From assembly GCA_023245155.1 (NCBI GenBank), contig JAHFKV010000001.1, forward strand, positions 267,034-331,033: DNA of 64,000 bases, given 5' to 3'. The position numbers were made by a program, and so were the translations under genes. The stretch's first letter is position 1; the number at the start of each line of letters is the position of its first letter. The notes under the pieces are model-generated. The model was given only the letters and a program-made list of their open reading frames with translations. It was not told where the DNA came from and made no database searches. This DNA comes from Candidatus Staskawiczbacteria bacterium. GTDB taxonomy: Bacteria > Patescibacteriota > Minisyncoccia > Minisyncoccales > Staskawiczbacteraceae. Of this stretch, positions 15,318 through 25,194 are shown piece after piece.

Positions 15318-15346
15318 AAAAAAGCCCCTTATGGGGCTTTTTTGTT
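15318..15346 (+). terminator. rho-independent terminator
   Basis: AAAAAGCCCC (15319-15328), loop TTAT, GGGGCTTTTT (15333-15342). Confidence 0.9.
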
Positions 15347-15363
15347 GTATAATGTATTATTAT

Positions 15364-16383
15364 ATGAATTATAAAAAATACGCGGTAAAAGTAGTCTTGG
15401 CAACATTACTATTGGGAGTAGGCGTTGGGCTGGGTTATCAGTGGGGCTTTAATCATGAGCATGATATTTTAGTAAAAAGCCTAAATGTTATCCACCCATT
15501 GAGAGATCATAACCCCTCATATAAGTTCGTCTCTCCACTCTTGGCCTATATTGTTCCAAGTGCCGATCAGGATGCTGGGCTGACGGCCTTGAAAAATAAG
15601 GTGGCTGATTTTATTGATGTCCAAAAAAAGAGCAATAACCTTTCAGATGCCTCCGTGTATTTGTCTGACCTGAACAGAGGCCGTTGGATTGGGGTGAATG
15701 AACGCCAAAAATATAATCCTGCCAGCATGTTAAAAGTGGTGGTGATGGTTTCTTATTTTAAGGAAGCGGAGATTCGTCCAGATATTTTACGAAAGAATTT
15801 GATGTACACAGCTAGTGCACAAGAGGCTATTAAAAAAGATTTTTTTAATTCTTCATCTCAGCTTGAGATTGGACAATGGTATACCATCCAAGATTTAATT
15901 GAAAAAATGATTGTTGACTCCGACAATGGAGCTGAGCTATTGCTTTTTGGCAATATTAATAAAGATAATTTAGACGCCATTTATAACGTCTTGAACATTA
16001 CTAGTCCCGACAAGATGGCTGATAATTTTGTTATTTCCCCGCGCGCCTATTCATTATTTTTCAGAGTGATTTATTCTGCCACTTATCTTAACGAAGACTT
16101 GTCGGAAAAAGCCCTGAGTATCCTTTCGAAAACAACGTTTGATGATGGGATTGTAGCCGGTTTGTCTACCAATTTGGTGGTTTCTCACAAATTTGGAGAG
16201 CATGTGGAAAGCAGTAATAACCAAGTTACGAGTGTAGAATTACACGATTGCGGGATTGTGTATTATCCGGTTAATCCCTATTTTTTGTGCGTTATGACCA
16301 AGGGCAAAGATATCGATCAATTAAAAAGCGTGATAAAGAATATTTCTTCCATGGTCTATCAAGCCTATGGAAGCCAGCAGTGA
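15364..16383 (+). CDS. serine hydrolase (class A beta-lactamase / DD-peptidase-like)
   Basis: SxxK (ASMLK), SDN (VDSDNG) and KTG-like (HKFG) motifs. ATG 15364 lies after the terminator. Confidence 0.8.
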   Translation: MNYKKYAVKVVLATLLLGVGVGLGYQWGFNHEHDILVKSLNVIHPLRDHNPSYKFVSPLLAYIVPSADQDAGLTALKNKVADFIDVQKKSNNLSDASVYLSDLNRGRWIGVNERQKYNPASMLKVVVMVSYFKEAEIRPDILRKNLMYTASAQEAIKKDFFNSSSQLEIGQWYTIQDLIEKMIVDSDNGAELLLFGNINKDNLDAIYNVLNITSPDKMADNFVISPRAYSLFFRVIYSATYLNEDLSEKALSILSKTTFDDGIVAGLSTNLVVSHKFGEHVESSNNQVTSVELHDCGIVYYPVNPYFLCVMTKGKDIDQLKSVIKNISSMVYQAYGSQQ

Positions 16384-16384
16384 G

Positions 16385-18613
16385 TTAGTTGGGCAGGGTT
16401 TTTAAAAACGCTTCCACATTGGATTTTGATTCGGGGGAGAGTTTTAAAACAATCAGTGCCTCTTGCCTGGCTTCATAATAATTGCCAGCTTGCCCATAGA
16501 AAAAAGCCAAGGAAGAGTGGTACTGGGCCACTTCTGGGCGTATGCCCGCAAGTTTTTGATAGATGGGCAACAATTCGCGGTAATCCATCAGGGAACCATA
16601 GGCATTAGCCAGCTGGAGTAAATTTACTTCAGAGGTAATATCGGTTCCTTTTTGGTGGGCGATGTCAATATTTATTTTAGCCCCGGGGATATCTTTTTCA
16701 TATATTTGCGTCAGTCCAAGGTAAAAATGGCAATCACCCAATTTAGGATTCGCGTTGATGCAAGTTTGAGCATAGCGGTGCGCTAGGGCAAATTCTTTGG
16801 CCGTCATGGCGATTTGTATGTATTGGGCAAGTATTTCTTGGTGACCCGGAGCTAAGGTGAGGGCTTGGTCTAAATATTGGTAAGCTTGTTTAATGAGTTC
16901 ATTTTTTTTTGAGGAGTTTTGTTCTTGATTTGCCAGTTCATTGGCGGCGTTTCCCATGAAAATCCAATAACGGGTATAGGTTGGCTGGATGACAACCGCT
17001 TGCTTGATTAATTCCAACCCACGCTGTTTGTAAAATAGAGTATTCTGCGGATAAAACTCAGCGCAGGTTTTTGCCATCTCAACGTATTGAAGCCTGGCAT
17101 ATGAATCTAAAAAGCTGTGCTGAACCAGGGCTTTTTCCAACACTGCGATCCCTTGGCCGCAGTTGCCTTGGTTGACTAAGGCTTGAGCAGTGTTAATCTC
17201 TGCATTCAGGGAAAGGGGGACAAGGTTGTATTGCCATATGAACACCGCTGCTAAACCAGCTAAGCCTATTGCCATGGCGGTTTTCCAAATCTTTTTCTTG
17301 GGTATGAGTGGCGGAGCTTCTTGGGTTGGTGTTAACAAAGCCAGGTGGAGCGAATAACCAGCTAGGAAAAAGAAGAGCAGGTAAGAAGAAAACGAATCAA
17401 AACTGAACAAGTTGGCAACCAGGTAGGCCAGTAACGTTGCCTTACTGCCATGGGCTGTTAAGGTTTTTACTTTGCTCAGTTGCCAGAATAGGGCAGCTAT
17501 GAGTCCCAGATACGCCAGCAGGCCAAGGATGCCCGCGTCGTTCATGGTTTGGATAAAAATGTTGTGGGCCCGATCCCACCAGGATAAAATTCCTTCCAGC
17601 GAGGGACTGGGCTGGTAGTAATGGTCAAAACCAACAGAAAAATTTTCCGGTCCATACCCCAAGAATGGCTTGGCTTTTACGGCTTTTAATTCAATCCCCA
17701 GAGTGGACAAGCGAGTATCCTCTAGCAGATTTTTGACCATGAATCGGGGGGTTAGGGTGGTAAAGAGCCGGTTTTGTTGCAGAAACCGGGGCAGCGGGGC
17801 AAGGTTAATATAAGCAATGCCGGCAATTGCTATGAGAAGCAATATCACCGCGGCTCTTTTGAAAATTCGTATTTTTTTGAATCCCGCCTGTTCGGTGATA
17901 GGGTACCAAATAAGAAAATAGGTGGCTCCCACCCCAATTCCCAGGTAAGCTGCTCGGGTACCGCTGAGTAATATAGCTAATAAGCATACTGCGCCACATA
18001 CCCCATAGAATATTTTTTTTGTTCGGCACGGTTCTTTCAGGAATCTTACTGCTATCATGAAAACTAATAATAAAAGATACACCGCTAAAAGAATGGCGTT
18101 TCCCATGGTTCCCGTGGGGCGACTTTGCGGCGCACCGAAGATGCCATAGTATTGAGAAATGGCCACCAGGGAGATCAAAGCTCCTATGAGAATAGAAAAA
18201 TCCCAAAGTTTTTCCCATTCTTGGCGCGTTAAGGTAAGATAGGCAACCATAGCCACGACGATATAACCAGCAAAGGTGACAAAGCCACCGCCCCGGTAAG
18301 GGCTTGACCATAAGCTGGTTTGGGGATCAACAGAAAAGAGCGTAGCTAGCCCATAGGCTCCTAATAGGATTGCCAAGAACCAGGCAGTGTAAGCTTTTTT
18401 TAAATGCAGGGAGTTAAACCTTGCCAAATTCTGCGGCCATTGGAAGGCAAGGCCGACGCATAAAATCGTTAGAATGATTCTAAAAATAACCGTTTTGCCA
18501 AAATCCGGCGGGAAAAACCAGGGTTGCCATAATAAGAGGGGCAGAGCCAATATTACAAAAAATCCGGCCAAATACAGCCAATGAGATTGATAAAAAAACG
18601 CGTTGTTTTTCAT
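16385..18613 (-). CDS. O-antigen ligase/Wzy_C-domain polytopic membrane protein fused to a C-terminal TPR domain
   Basis: 742 aa. About 10-12 TM segments with LSGTRAAYLG. The C-terminal ~300 aa has TPR-like repeats (AYQYLDQALTLAPGH..., YYEARQEALIVLKLSPES). Confidence 0.8.
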   Translation of the reverse strand: MKNNAFFYQSHWLYLAGFFVILALPLLLWQPWFFPPDFGKTVIFRIILTILCVGLAFQWPQNLARFNSLHLKKAYTAWFLAILLGAYGLATLFSVDPQTSLWSSPYRGGGFVTFAGYIVVAMVAYLTLTRQEWEKLWDFSILIGALISLVAISQYYGIFGAPQSRPTGTMGNAILLAVYLLLLVFMIAVRFLKEPCRTKKIFYGVCGAVCLLAILLSGTRAAYLGIGVGATYFLIWYPITEQAGFKKIRIFKRAAVILLLIAIAGIAYINLAPLPRFLQQNRLFTTLTPRFMVKNLLEDTRLSTLGIELKAVKAKPFLGYGPENFSVGFDHYYQPSPSLEGILSWWDRAHNIFIQTMNDAGILGLLAYLGLIAALFWQLSKVKTLTAHGSKATLLAYLVANLFSFDSFSSYLLFFFLAGYSLHLALLTPTQEAPPLIPKKKIWKTAMAIGLAGLAAVFIWQYNLVPLSLNAEINTAQALVNQGNCGQGIAVLEKALVQHSFLDSYARLQYVEMAKTCAEFYPQNTLFYKQRGLELIKQAVVIQPTYTRYWIFMGNAANELANQEQNSSKKNELIKQAYQYLDQALTLAPGHQEILAQYIQIAMTAKEFALAHRYAQTCINANPKLGDCHFYLGLTQIYEKDIPGAKINIDIAHQKGTDITSEVNLLQLANAYGSLMDYRELLPIYQKLAGIRPEVAQYHSSLAFFYGQAGNYYEARQEALIVLKLSPESKSNVEAFLKTLPN

Positions 18614-18665
18614 GTAACTTTATGATATAAGTAAAACATATAAAAATCAACGCGAACTACTGCCC

Positions 18666-20108
18666 TTGAAGATAATACGCCTCCTTTTTACTAATATCGG
18701 CATCAAACAAACTCTCTTGAAAAACACCTTTTGGCTGGTTTTGGCGGAAGCGGTGATTAAAATTTTGAGTTTGGTACTGATCATTTATATGGTCAGGGTG
18801 TTGGGGGTGACTCAATATGGTAAGTTTACCTTTGCGTTTTCGTTCGTTTCCATTATGGCCATTTTTTCTGATTTGGGAGTGGTGGATTTTTCCACCCGGG
18901 GGTTAGCTCGTAATAAAAACAACGAAGAAAGGTTTTCGGGTATTTTTACCCTTGAAGCGCTCTTGTGTGTGTTCATGCTTGGAGTTTCCGTTGTGGGATC
19001 TTTTTTTATTACTCCCGATTCAGAAATTAGGAAAATCATTTGGATCCTAAGTATCTTTTTTATCAGCAATAGCTTGTTCGGGATTATTTTTTCTTTCTTG
19101 CGGGCGCGGCAAAATATGGAATACGAAGCCTTGATTCGGATTGCCCAGTCTTTGGCAAACACCTTGGTGGTTTTTTTCGTTATTCTTTACCTCCCCTCTA
19201 TCGGTAATGTTAGCTATGGTTACCTGATTTCAAATTTAATCATACTCTTCTTCTTGTTATTGTTGTTCCGGGCCCGTTTCCAGCCTATTCACTTGCACTT
19301 GGAGAAGCATTCCTTAGATGTTCTTAAAATGTCTTGGCCCATGAGCCTTGGGTTTGTGGCAAGCTGGACCTATCTTTCCATTAATTCAGTGATGCTGGGG
19401 TATTTTAATTTGATCACTGAAAACGGCTGGTATAATGCTGCTTCTCGGATTGCTCTGGTGGCCATTATCCCCGCCACTCTGATTTTGAAAACTTTTTATC
19501 CCATGCTGAGTAACTTCTATGTCTCATCAGCAGAAAAACTCCAGAAATCCTGGGATTATCTGGCACAATCAATGCTCTGGCTGGCTCTGCCCATGGTAAC
19601 GGGAATGATTGTGATAGCTCCAAAAATTATCTACGCGTTTTATGGTCCCGGTTTTTCTCCTTCTATCTTGGCTCTTCAGCTTCTCATCATCGTCATTGGC
19701 ATCAGTTTTATCACCATTCCTTACAGTGTCATTTTGGTGGTGGCCGACCAGCAGAAAAAAAACTTTAGTTTAATTGTGGTGGGCGCCGTAATGACCATTG
19801 GGTTGAATGTTATCTTAGTGCCTTGGTTCGGTTTTTACGGCAGTATTATTTCTGCCCTGATTGCTTCTAGCGCGGTATTTTTTGGCACCGTGGCAGTTGC
19901 CCATTATACCACCGCCATCCGCATTGTTAATAAAAATTTGCTTTTGGCAACGGTAATATCGGCCTTTTCCAGTGCTGTTATGTATGGGTTGATACATAAT
20001 CAGTTCATGGATCATGCTCCCTTGGTGATCATCTGCTTCACGGGAGCGCTGGTTTATTGTTTACTATCACTCGTTTTATATAGAATATCCTATGTCCGAA
20101 GCAAGTAA
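18666..20108 (+). CDS. Wzx-like oligosaccharide flippase (MOP superfamily)
   Basis: 480 aa, polytopic, with a typical N-terminus (LLKNTFWLVLAEAVIKILS). The start at 18666 is TTG. Confidence 0.8.
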   Translation: MKIIRLLFTNIGIKQTLLKNTFWLVLAEAVIKILSLVLIIYMVRVLGVTQYGKFTFAFSFVSIMAIFSDLGVVDFSTRGLARNKNNEERFSGIFTLEALLCVFMLGVSVVGSFFITPDSEIRKIIWILSIFFISNSLFGIIFSFLRARQNMEYEALIRIAQSLANTLVVFFVILYLPSIGNVSYGYLISNLIILFFLLLLFRARFQPIHLHLEKHSLDVLKMSWPMSLGFVASWTYLSINSVMLGYFNLITENGWYNAASRIALVAIIPATLILKTFYPMLSNFYVSSAEKLQKSWDYLAQSMLWLALPMVTGMIVIAPKIIYAFYGPGFSPSILALQLLIIVIGISFITIPYSVILVVADQQKKNFSLIVVGAVMTIGLNVILVPWFGFYGSIISALIASSAVFFGTVAVAHYTTAIRIVNKNLLLATVISAFSSAVMYGLIHNQFMDHAPLVIICFTGALVYCLLSLVLYRISYVRSK

Positions 20109-20964
20109 CCCCATTGTGAGCGTGGTCATCCCCACATATAATCGGAAAAAAACCGTGGGCAGGGCCATTCAAAGTGCCCTTAATCAGAGTTTTAAAAACT
20201 TAGAAATTGTTGTTTTAGATGACGGTTCAACCGATGGAACGAATGAGGTAGTGGCAGGCTATTTGCATCATCCTAACATTCGCTATATCTATCAAAATAA
20301 TCAGGGCAGCTTGGACAAAACCATGAATAATCTGGTGCGAGCGACTCGGGGTAAATACATCGCCCCGTTAGATGATGATGATTTTTGGTGTGATGCAGAT
20401 AAAATCAAGAAACAGGTTGAATTCTTGGAAAAAAATCCTGCCTATGTATTGGTGGGCGGTGGAGCCATTAAAATAGACCAAAACGGCAAGGAAATTGTGC
20501 GGTATCTGGTAACCGAACGGGATCAGGATATTCGCCAGAAAATTCTGATGAATAATGCCTTTGTCCATGTATCAACCCTTTATAAAAAAGATGCCTGGGA
20601 AAAGGTGGGCGGCTATGATGAAGATTTGGATGGCGGAGGAGATTGGGATTTATGGATGAAGTTAGGACAGGTGGGGAAGTTCTACAATATGCAAGAATTT
20701 TTCGTAAAATACTCCGGGCACCAGCAAGATAACCCGGGCTATTGCGAAACAAGATACGGAAGGCAAGGATGGTTCCAGCTTAACGTGCGCTTAAGAAAAA
20801 AACACCGCCATCAGTACCCCCATTACTCTCAAGCGTTGGTATTATGCTGGCTGGGGTACGGGTACTCTTTTTTGCCATTCAAGCGTCGCCTCTGGCCCCT
20901 GGTTTTTAAAATAAGAAGTTTTTTATTTAGAAATTCTCCTTACCGCTATTACAAGAGCCAATAA
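20092..20964 (+). CDS. glycosyltransferase family 2
   Basis: VSVVIPTYNRKKTVGRAIQSALNQSFKNLEIVVLDDGSTDGT and DDDD motif. Confidence 0.9.
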   Translation: MSEASNPIVSVVIPTYNRKKTVGRAIQSALNQSFKNLEIVVLDDGSTDGTNEVVAGYLHHPNIRYIYQNNQGSLDKTMNNLVRATRGKYIAPLDDDDFWCDADKIKKQVEFLEKNPAYVLVGGGAIKIDQNGKEIVRYLVTERDQDIRQKILMNNAFVHVSTLYKKDAWEKVGGYDEDLDGGGDWDLWMKLGQVGKFYNMQEFFVKYSGHQQDNPGYCETRYGRQGWFQLNVRLRKKHRHQYPHYSQALVLCWLGYGYSFLPFKRRLWPLVFKIRSFLFRNSPYRYYKSQ

Positions 20965-20967
20965 TCT

Positions 20968-21912
20968 ATGGATGTTATTATCGTTTGTCATACCGAATTT
21001 GGTTTTGTGCGTAACAAAAAAGTTATTTACGAAAAAAAAGCCACCCAAGGCGTTACCAAGGGGGTGCTGAATTTAATGGGGGTGGCAAAAAGGTATAAAG
21101 CTAAAGTAACCTTCGCGGTTATGCCCGAGGTGGCTGAATATTTTCCTAAAGACACCGGTCAGGAAATTGGTTTGCATGTCCACGCGGGCTGGGAAACGTT
21201 TGGGCAAGGCAAAGATGCTTATGAGGTAGGGGATGCCTATTTACGAGTGCATTCCAAGCAATCAAGCGCTTCTACCGTGTTGCGGGATTATTCTTATGAT
21301 GAGCAATTTGATATGATTTGCCGAGGGAAAAAATATCTAGCAGAAATCTTGGGGAGTGCGCCAACCACCTTTGTGGCTGGCCGATGGTCGCTTAACAATG
21401 ACACCGTTAAGGCTTTGGTGGCCAACGGTTTCACCCATGATTGTTCAGCCCAGCCTGGTGCAAAACCTGCCCATCATGATTGGTCGCGGCTTCCCAGAAT
21501 CTGCATGCCGTACCATCCTCATGAACATGACTATCAAAAAAAAGGGGCCGCGCCCCTCTTAATGGTTCCCGGAGCCCAGTATTTTCCGGGTGGCGGTGTT
21601 AACCCGGAAATGGTTCCTTGGGTGGGGCTGGCGTGGCTCAAAGCCTGTTTTTCTGAATATTACCGGCAAGGCGCACCATTGTTCCATATCTGTTTACATT
21701 CGCCCTGCATGACCGATGATTATTTTATTTCAGCCATGGATCGCCTGTTAGAATTCATCGCCGGGCATGAACAGGTTCATTTCAAATGCGCCCGAGAGAT
21801 CCAAGAATACCCCAATCGGCATGTTGCCGCAACTATGTTGCCTTACCTAGCCGGCCTTAATCTGGCCATCATTAAAAGTTATTTTTTAAGTTCTTTTAAG
21901 ATTTTTTTATAA
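20968..21912 (+). CDS. hypothetical protein, possibly a divergent polysaccharide deacetylase-like enzyme
   Basis: 314 aa and His-rich (CHTEFG, GLHVHAGW, HICLHSP). The assignment is weak. Confidence 0.45.
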   Translation: MDVIIVCHTEFGFVRNKKVIYEKKATQGVTKGVLNLMGVAKRYKAKVTFAVMPEVAEYFPKDTGQEIGLHVHAGWETFGQGKDAYEVGDAYLRVHSKQSSASTVLRDYSYDEQFDMICRGKKYLAEILGSAPTTFVAGRWSLNNDTVKALVANGFTHDCSAQPGAKPAHHDWSRLPRICMPYHPHEHDYQKKGAAPLLMVPGAQYFPGGGVNPEMVPWVGLAWLKACFSEYYRQGAPLFHICLHSPCMTDDYFISAMDRLLEFIAGHEQVHFKCAREIQEYPNRHVAATMLPYLAGLNLAIIKSYFLSSFKIFL

Positions 21913-22796
21913 ATAGTTGCCTTGCCAAGTCCGTGGCGTTCCGCCAAATACTGCTGGTGGCCGGTAATTTTTTGGTAGCTATCGTCTATGCCTAAAGTGG
22001 TTAACTTGCCACCCAGGCGGTGTTTTAAGAGTTGTTCGGCGATGAGACTGCCCAAACCTCCGATGGTTCGGTGCTCTTCAATGGTGAAAATGTGTTTCTG
22101 TCCTTTGATTGCTTTCACTAGCGCTGGTTCATTGATTTGGCTTAAGGTGTGCAGGCTGATAACGGTAAGGTGTTTTTTTGATTCTTTCATGGTATCAGCT
22201 ACCGCCAAGCCGGTTTGTAAGCAAGCGCCGGTGGTGATGATGGCGCCGTCATTCCCATTCCGAATTACCGATGGTTTACCTAAAATCGTTTTGACTTTTG
22301 CGGGCATGAGAACGACTTCCGGTTTTAATAGCCGCAGGTAACAAGGGCCGGGTTTTTTGTATGATTGCAGAGTTAATTCTCGGGTTTGAATGGAATCAGC
22401 CGGGGAAATAACCGTGATGTTGGGCAGCGGCCGAAGAATAGAAATATCTTCAATGGCGTAGTGGGTGCTTCCAAAAGCTCCATAGGCAAACCCCGCGCCC
22501 ACGCCCACAATTTTCACATTGAGATTTTGGTAGCAAATGTCGTTGCGGATTTGTTCAAAGGGTCGCATGGTGGCAAAGGGAATAATGGAATAGACGTAAG
22601 GTTTTTTCCCTTCCAAAGCTAAGCCGGCGGCGATAGAGAGCATGCTTTGTTCCATTACCCCGCAGTTAATGAAGCGCCCGGGAAATTCTTTCGCGAAATC
22701 TTCAAAGACGGAAAATCCTAAATCGCCGGTTAGCAACATGATTTGCGTATCCTGGCGAGCCAGTTGGGTTAAGGTATCAATAAATGTTTTTCTCAC
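21879..22796 (-). CDS. transketolase, C-terminal (pyrimidine-binding) subunit
   Basis: 305 aa. MRKTFIDTLTQLARQD...DLGFSV...MEQSMLSIAAGLA. GTG start overlaps the upstream stop (GTGA). Confidence 0.85.
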   Translation of the reverse strand: MRKTFIDTLTQLARQDTQIMLLTGDLGFSVFEDFAKEFPGRFINCGVMEQSMLSIAAGLALEGKKPYVYSIIPFATMRPFEQIRNDICYQNLNVKIVGVGAGFAYGAFGSTHYAIEDISILRPLPNITVISPADSIQTRELTLQSYKKPGPCYLRLLKPEVVLMPAKVKTILGKPSVIRNGNDGAIITTGACLQTGLAVADTMKESKKHLTVISLHTLSQINEPALVKAIKGQKHIFTIEEHRTIGGLGSLIAEQLLKHRLGGKLTTLGIDDSYQKITGHQQYLAERHGLGKATIYKKILKELKK

Positions 22797-23599
22797 AGAA
22801 GTTCTTTGAGGGCTGAATGATATTGCTCTTGATTAGGATTTTTATAATGCCAGGTTAGGGGATCTTTTTCCATGAAAGAAATACCCTTGCCTTTTTTGGT
22901 TTTGGCAATAATTACCCTTGGGCGTTTAATACCCATGGAAGTTAGGGCTTTTTCAATTTGATGATAGTTGTGACCATTGATTTGTGTTGCCTTCCAGCCA
23001 AAAGCCTTCCACTTTTGTAAGAAGGGTTTATTTTTCATAATTTTTTCACTTTCACCTAAACCCTGTTGGCCGTTGTAGTCTATAATAACGGTAAGGTTGT
23101 CTAATTGGTGGTGGGCGGCGAACAAGGCGCTTTCCCAGGTGGTGCCTTCATTGCATTCTCCGTCAGACATTAATACTACCACTTTGAATTTTTTGTTGTC
23201 CTGCTTGGCTGCTAAAGCCATGCCAATGCCCATGGGAAGGCCGTGGCCAAGTCCACCCGTGGAAACTTCAACGCCGGGAGTAAAGCCTTTGGTTGAATGA
23301 CCTGGCAGCAAGCTGTCATTTTGGCAAAAAGTTTCCAGCATTTTTTTCGGGAAAAATCCTTTTTCAGCCAAAATGGCATACAGGGCGGCCACCGCATGTC
23401 CTTTGCTTAAAATAAAGCGATCTCGGCCAGGAGCTTGCGGTTTTTTTGGGGTTACTTTTAAAAAACCAAAATAAAGCACCGTTAAAATATCGGCGCAGGA
23501 AAGAGCCGATCCCACGTGAGATTCTTTAGACAAAAAATGCTGGAGCAAAATGCTTCGACGGATTTCTCTGGAAATTTCTTGGTAGTTACTCTTTTTCAT
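22793..23599 (-). CDS. transketolase, N-terminal (ThDP-binding) subunit
   Basis: HVGSALSCADIL...SKGHAVAALYA...MSDGECNEG. I prefer ATG 23599; the ORF-track start at 23620 is TTG. Confidence 0.85.
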   Translation of the reverse strand: MKKSNYQEISREIRRSILLQHFLSKESHVGSALSCADILTVLYFGFLKVTPKKPQAPGRDRFILSKGHAVAALYAILAEKGFFPKKMLETFCQNDSLLPGHSTKGFTPGVEVSTGGLGHGLPMGIGMALAAKQDNKKFKVVVLMSDGECNEGTTWESALFAAHHQLDNLTVIIDYNGQQGLGESEKIMKNKPFLQKWKAFGWKATQINGHNYHQIEKALTSMGIKRPRVIIAKTKKGKGISFMEKDPLTWHYKNPNQEQYHSALKELL

Positions 23600-24539
23600 A
23601 TAAAGACAGATTTTTTTCAAACCAGGCGATAGTTTTTTTTAAGCCTTGTTCTAGGGTGTAGCGGGGTTGCCAGCCCAGGAGTTTTTTGGCTTTAGAAATG
23701 TCATGCGCCCAGGTTTGAGCTTCGGGTTGGGCTAAACGTATTTTACCATACTGGGGCATGGTTTTAGCTTTAGTGATTTTTTTGGCTACGGTTACCACTT
23801 CTTCAATGGTAAAGGGTCTCTTTAAGCCGATATTAATAATCTGGCCTTTGATTTTGCTGATATTTTCTATGGCCAAAATATAGGCATTGATGACATCTTC
23901 AATAAACATGAACGGCCGGGCAATCTTTGGCTGAGAAAGATGGATCGGCCGATTTTGCAAGCAGCCCATAACTACCGAAGGCACCAAGCGTTCTTTTTCT
24001 TCAAAATATCCATAGGCGGCAAAGGGCCTGATGGTGACGGCTGGAAAGCCGGTTTGGCGCGCTATCATTTGGCAATACATGGTGGCTGCTCCCTTGGTAA
24101 TGCCATACAGATTTTCGGGTTCTAACACGTCAGTTTCTTTCATGGGTCTTTCTTTGATACCGTATTCTGAATTGGTGCCGGTGTTAATGAAAGCTTGCAC
24201 TCCGATTTTTTGACAGGCGTTGATCAGGTTAATGGTGCCTTTCAAGTTTGTATCAATGGTTAAGTTAATGTCTTGCTGGAAACGCTGATAGGCGCCATAG
24301 GTGGCAAAATGGAGAACAATATCGGGCCGGACTTTTCTAATCAGGGCTTTGACATCGGTGGCGTTTGATAAATCTATTGTTTTTATGGCAACGCCAGCGT
24401 TTTTGATGCGCCACAGGTTAGCACTTTTTCGTTCTGCAACAGTAACGCTGGCGCCTAGTTCTAAAAATTTGTACACAAAATTGGCACCGATAAACCCCGC
24501 CCCGCCCGTAATCAGAACTTTTTTATTTTTTACGTCCAT
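23586..24539 (-). CDS. NAD-dependent epimerase/dehydratase (SDR)
   Basis: KVLITGGAGFIGANF and YGITKGAATMY (YxxxK). Confidence 0.85.
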   Translation of the reverse strand: MDVKNKKVLITGGAGFIGANFVYKFLELGASVTVAERKSANLWRIKNAGVAIKTIDLSNATDVKALIRKVRPDIVLHFATYGAYQRFQQDINLTIDTNLKGTINLINACQKIGVQAFINTGTNSEYGIKERPMKETDVLEPENLYGITKGAATMYCQMIARQTGFPAVTIRPFAAYGYFEEKERLVPSVVMGCLQNRPIHLSQPKIARPFMFIEDVINAYILAIENISKIKGQIINIGLKRPFTIEEVVTVAKKITKAKTMPQYGKIRLAQPEAQTWAHDISKAKKLLGWQPRYTLEQGLKKTIAWFEKNLSLYEKE

Positions 24540-24663
24540 ACATTGGCCTATTCTAGCACAAATCTGCCAGGGGAGAAAATCATTGACAAATCTTAAAAAG
24601 AATGTAATATATAGATATCGCTCGTTGACATTTCTATATTCTTTTCGAGAAAGGTGGTGTGGC

Positions 24664-25176
24664 GTGGCTCAGGGTAGTCTTGAACTTTTGGCGGCGTTGG
24701 CGTTAATCGATCCACGCCAGCCCTATGGCACAGAGCTCTTTGACGCTCTGATTCGCCTTGGTGTTACTCCCTCTATTGAGGCGGTTTGTCTCCGGTTGAA
24801 TTCCGAGCGACAAATCGAAGTCTACCTGACTCGGCGGGCAGAGGATGACACTGCATATCCGGGGATGTATCACTGTCCCGGAACGGTCAGGCGACCACAT
24901 GAAACGATTGGGATGGGGTTTGAACGCCTCTCAAAAAAGGAATTTGGCGTTCCGTTACTATCCTACCGTTTCGTAGGCGAAGTTGATCATCCTGATGAGG
25001 CTCGCGCGCACCTGGTTTCCCAGGTGTATCTGTGTATTCCTCAAGATGGTCCGGGCAAGGGGCAATGGTTTCCGGTCGTGGGGCTACCACAGCCCATGGT
25101 CGAGACCCATGAGAAGCGAATCATACCGGCGGCGCTAGGAGTTTTCGTGGCCGGGAACACTGAATACTGTTGGTAA
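24664..25176 (+). CDS. Nudix-fold-like protein with a degenerate Nudix box (G+C-rich)
   Basis: GAAAGGTGG precedes GTG 24664. GTVRRPHETIGMGFERLSKKEFGV versus GX5EX7REUXEEXGU. The ORF-track N-terminal extension overlaps the minus-strand epimerase. Confidence 0.5.
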   Translation: MAQGSLELLAALALIDPRQPYGTELFDALIRLGVTPSIEAVCLRLNSERQIEVYLTRRAEDDTAYPGMYHCPGTVRRPHETIGMGFERLSKKEFGVPLLSYRFVGEVDHPDEARAHLVSQVYLCIPQDGPGKGQWFPVVGLPQPMVETHEKRIIPAALGVFVAGNTEYCW

Positions 25177-25194
25177 TTCCTTCGCGAATTACGG

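Noticed and set aside
24301-24663. N-terminal 121 codons of the 291-aa ORF 24301-25176.
   Set aside because: They lie antisense to the well-supported SDR gene (23586-24539) and the AT-rich spacer. An SD-like box plus GTG at 24664 gives a compact G+C-rich gene.
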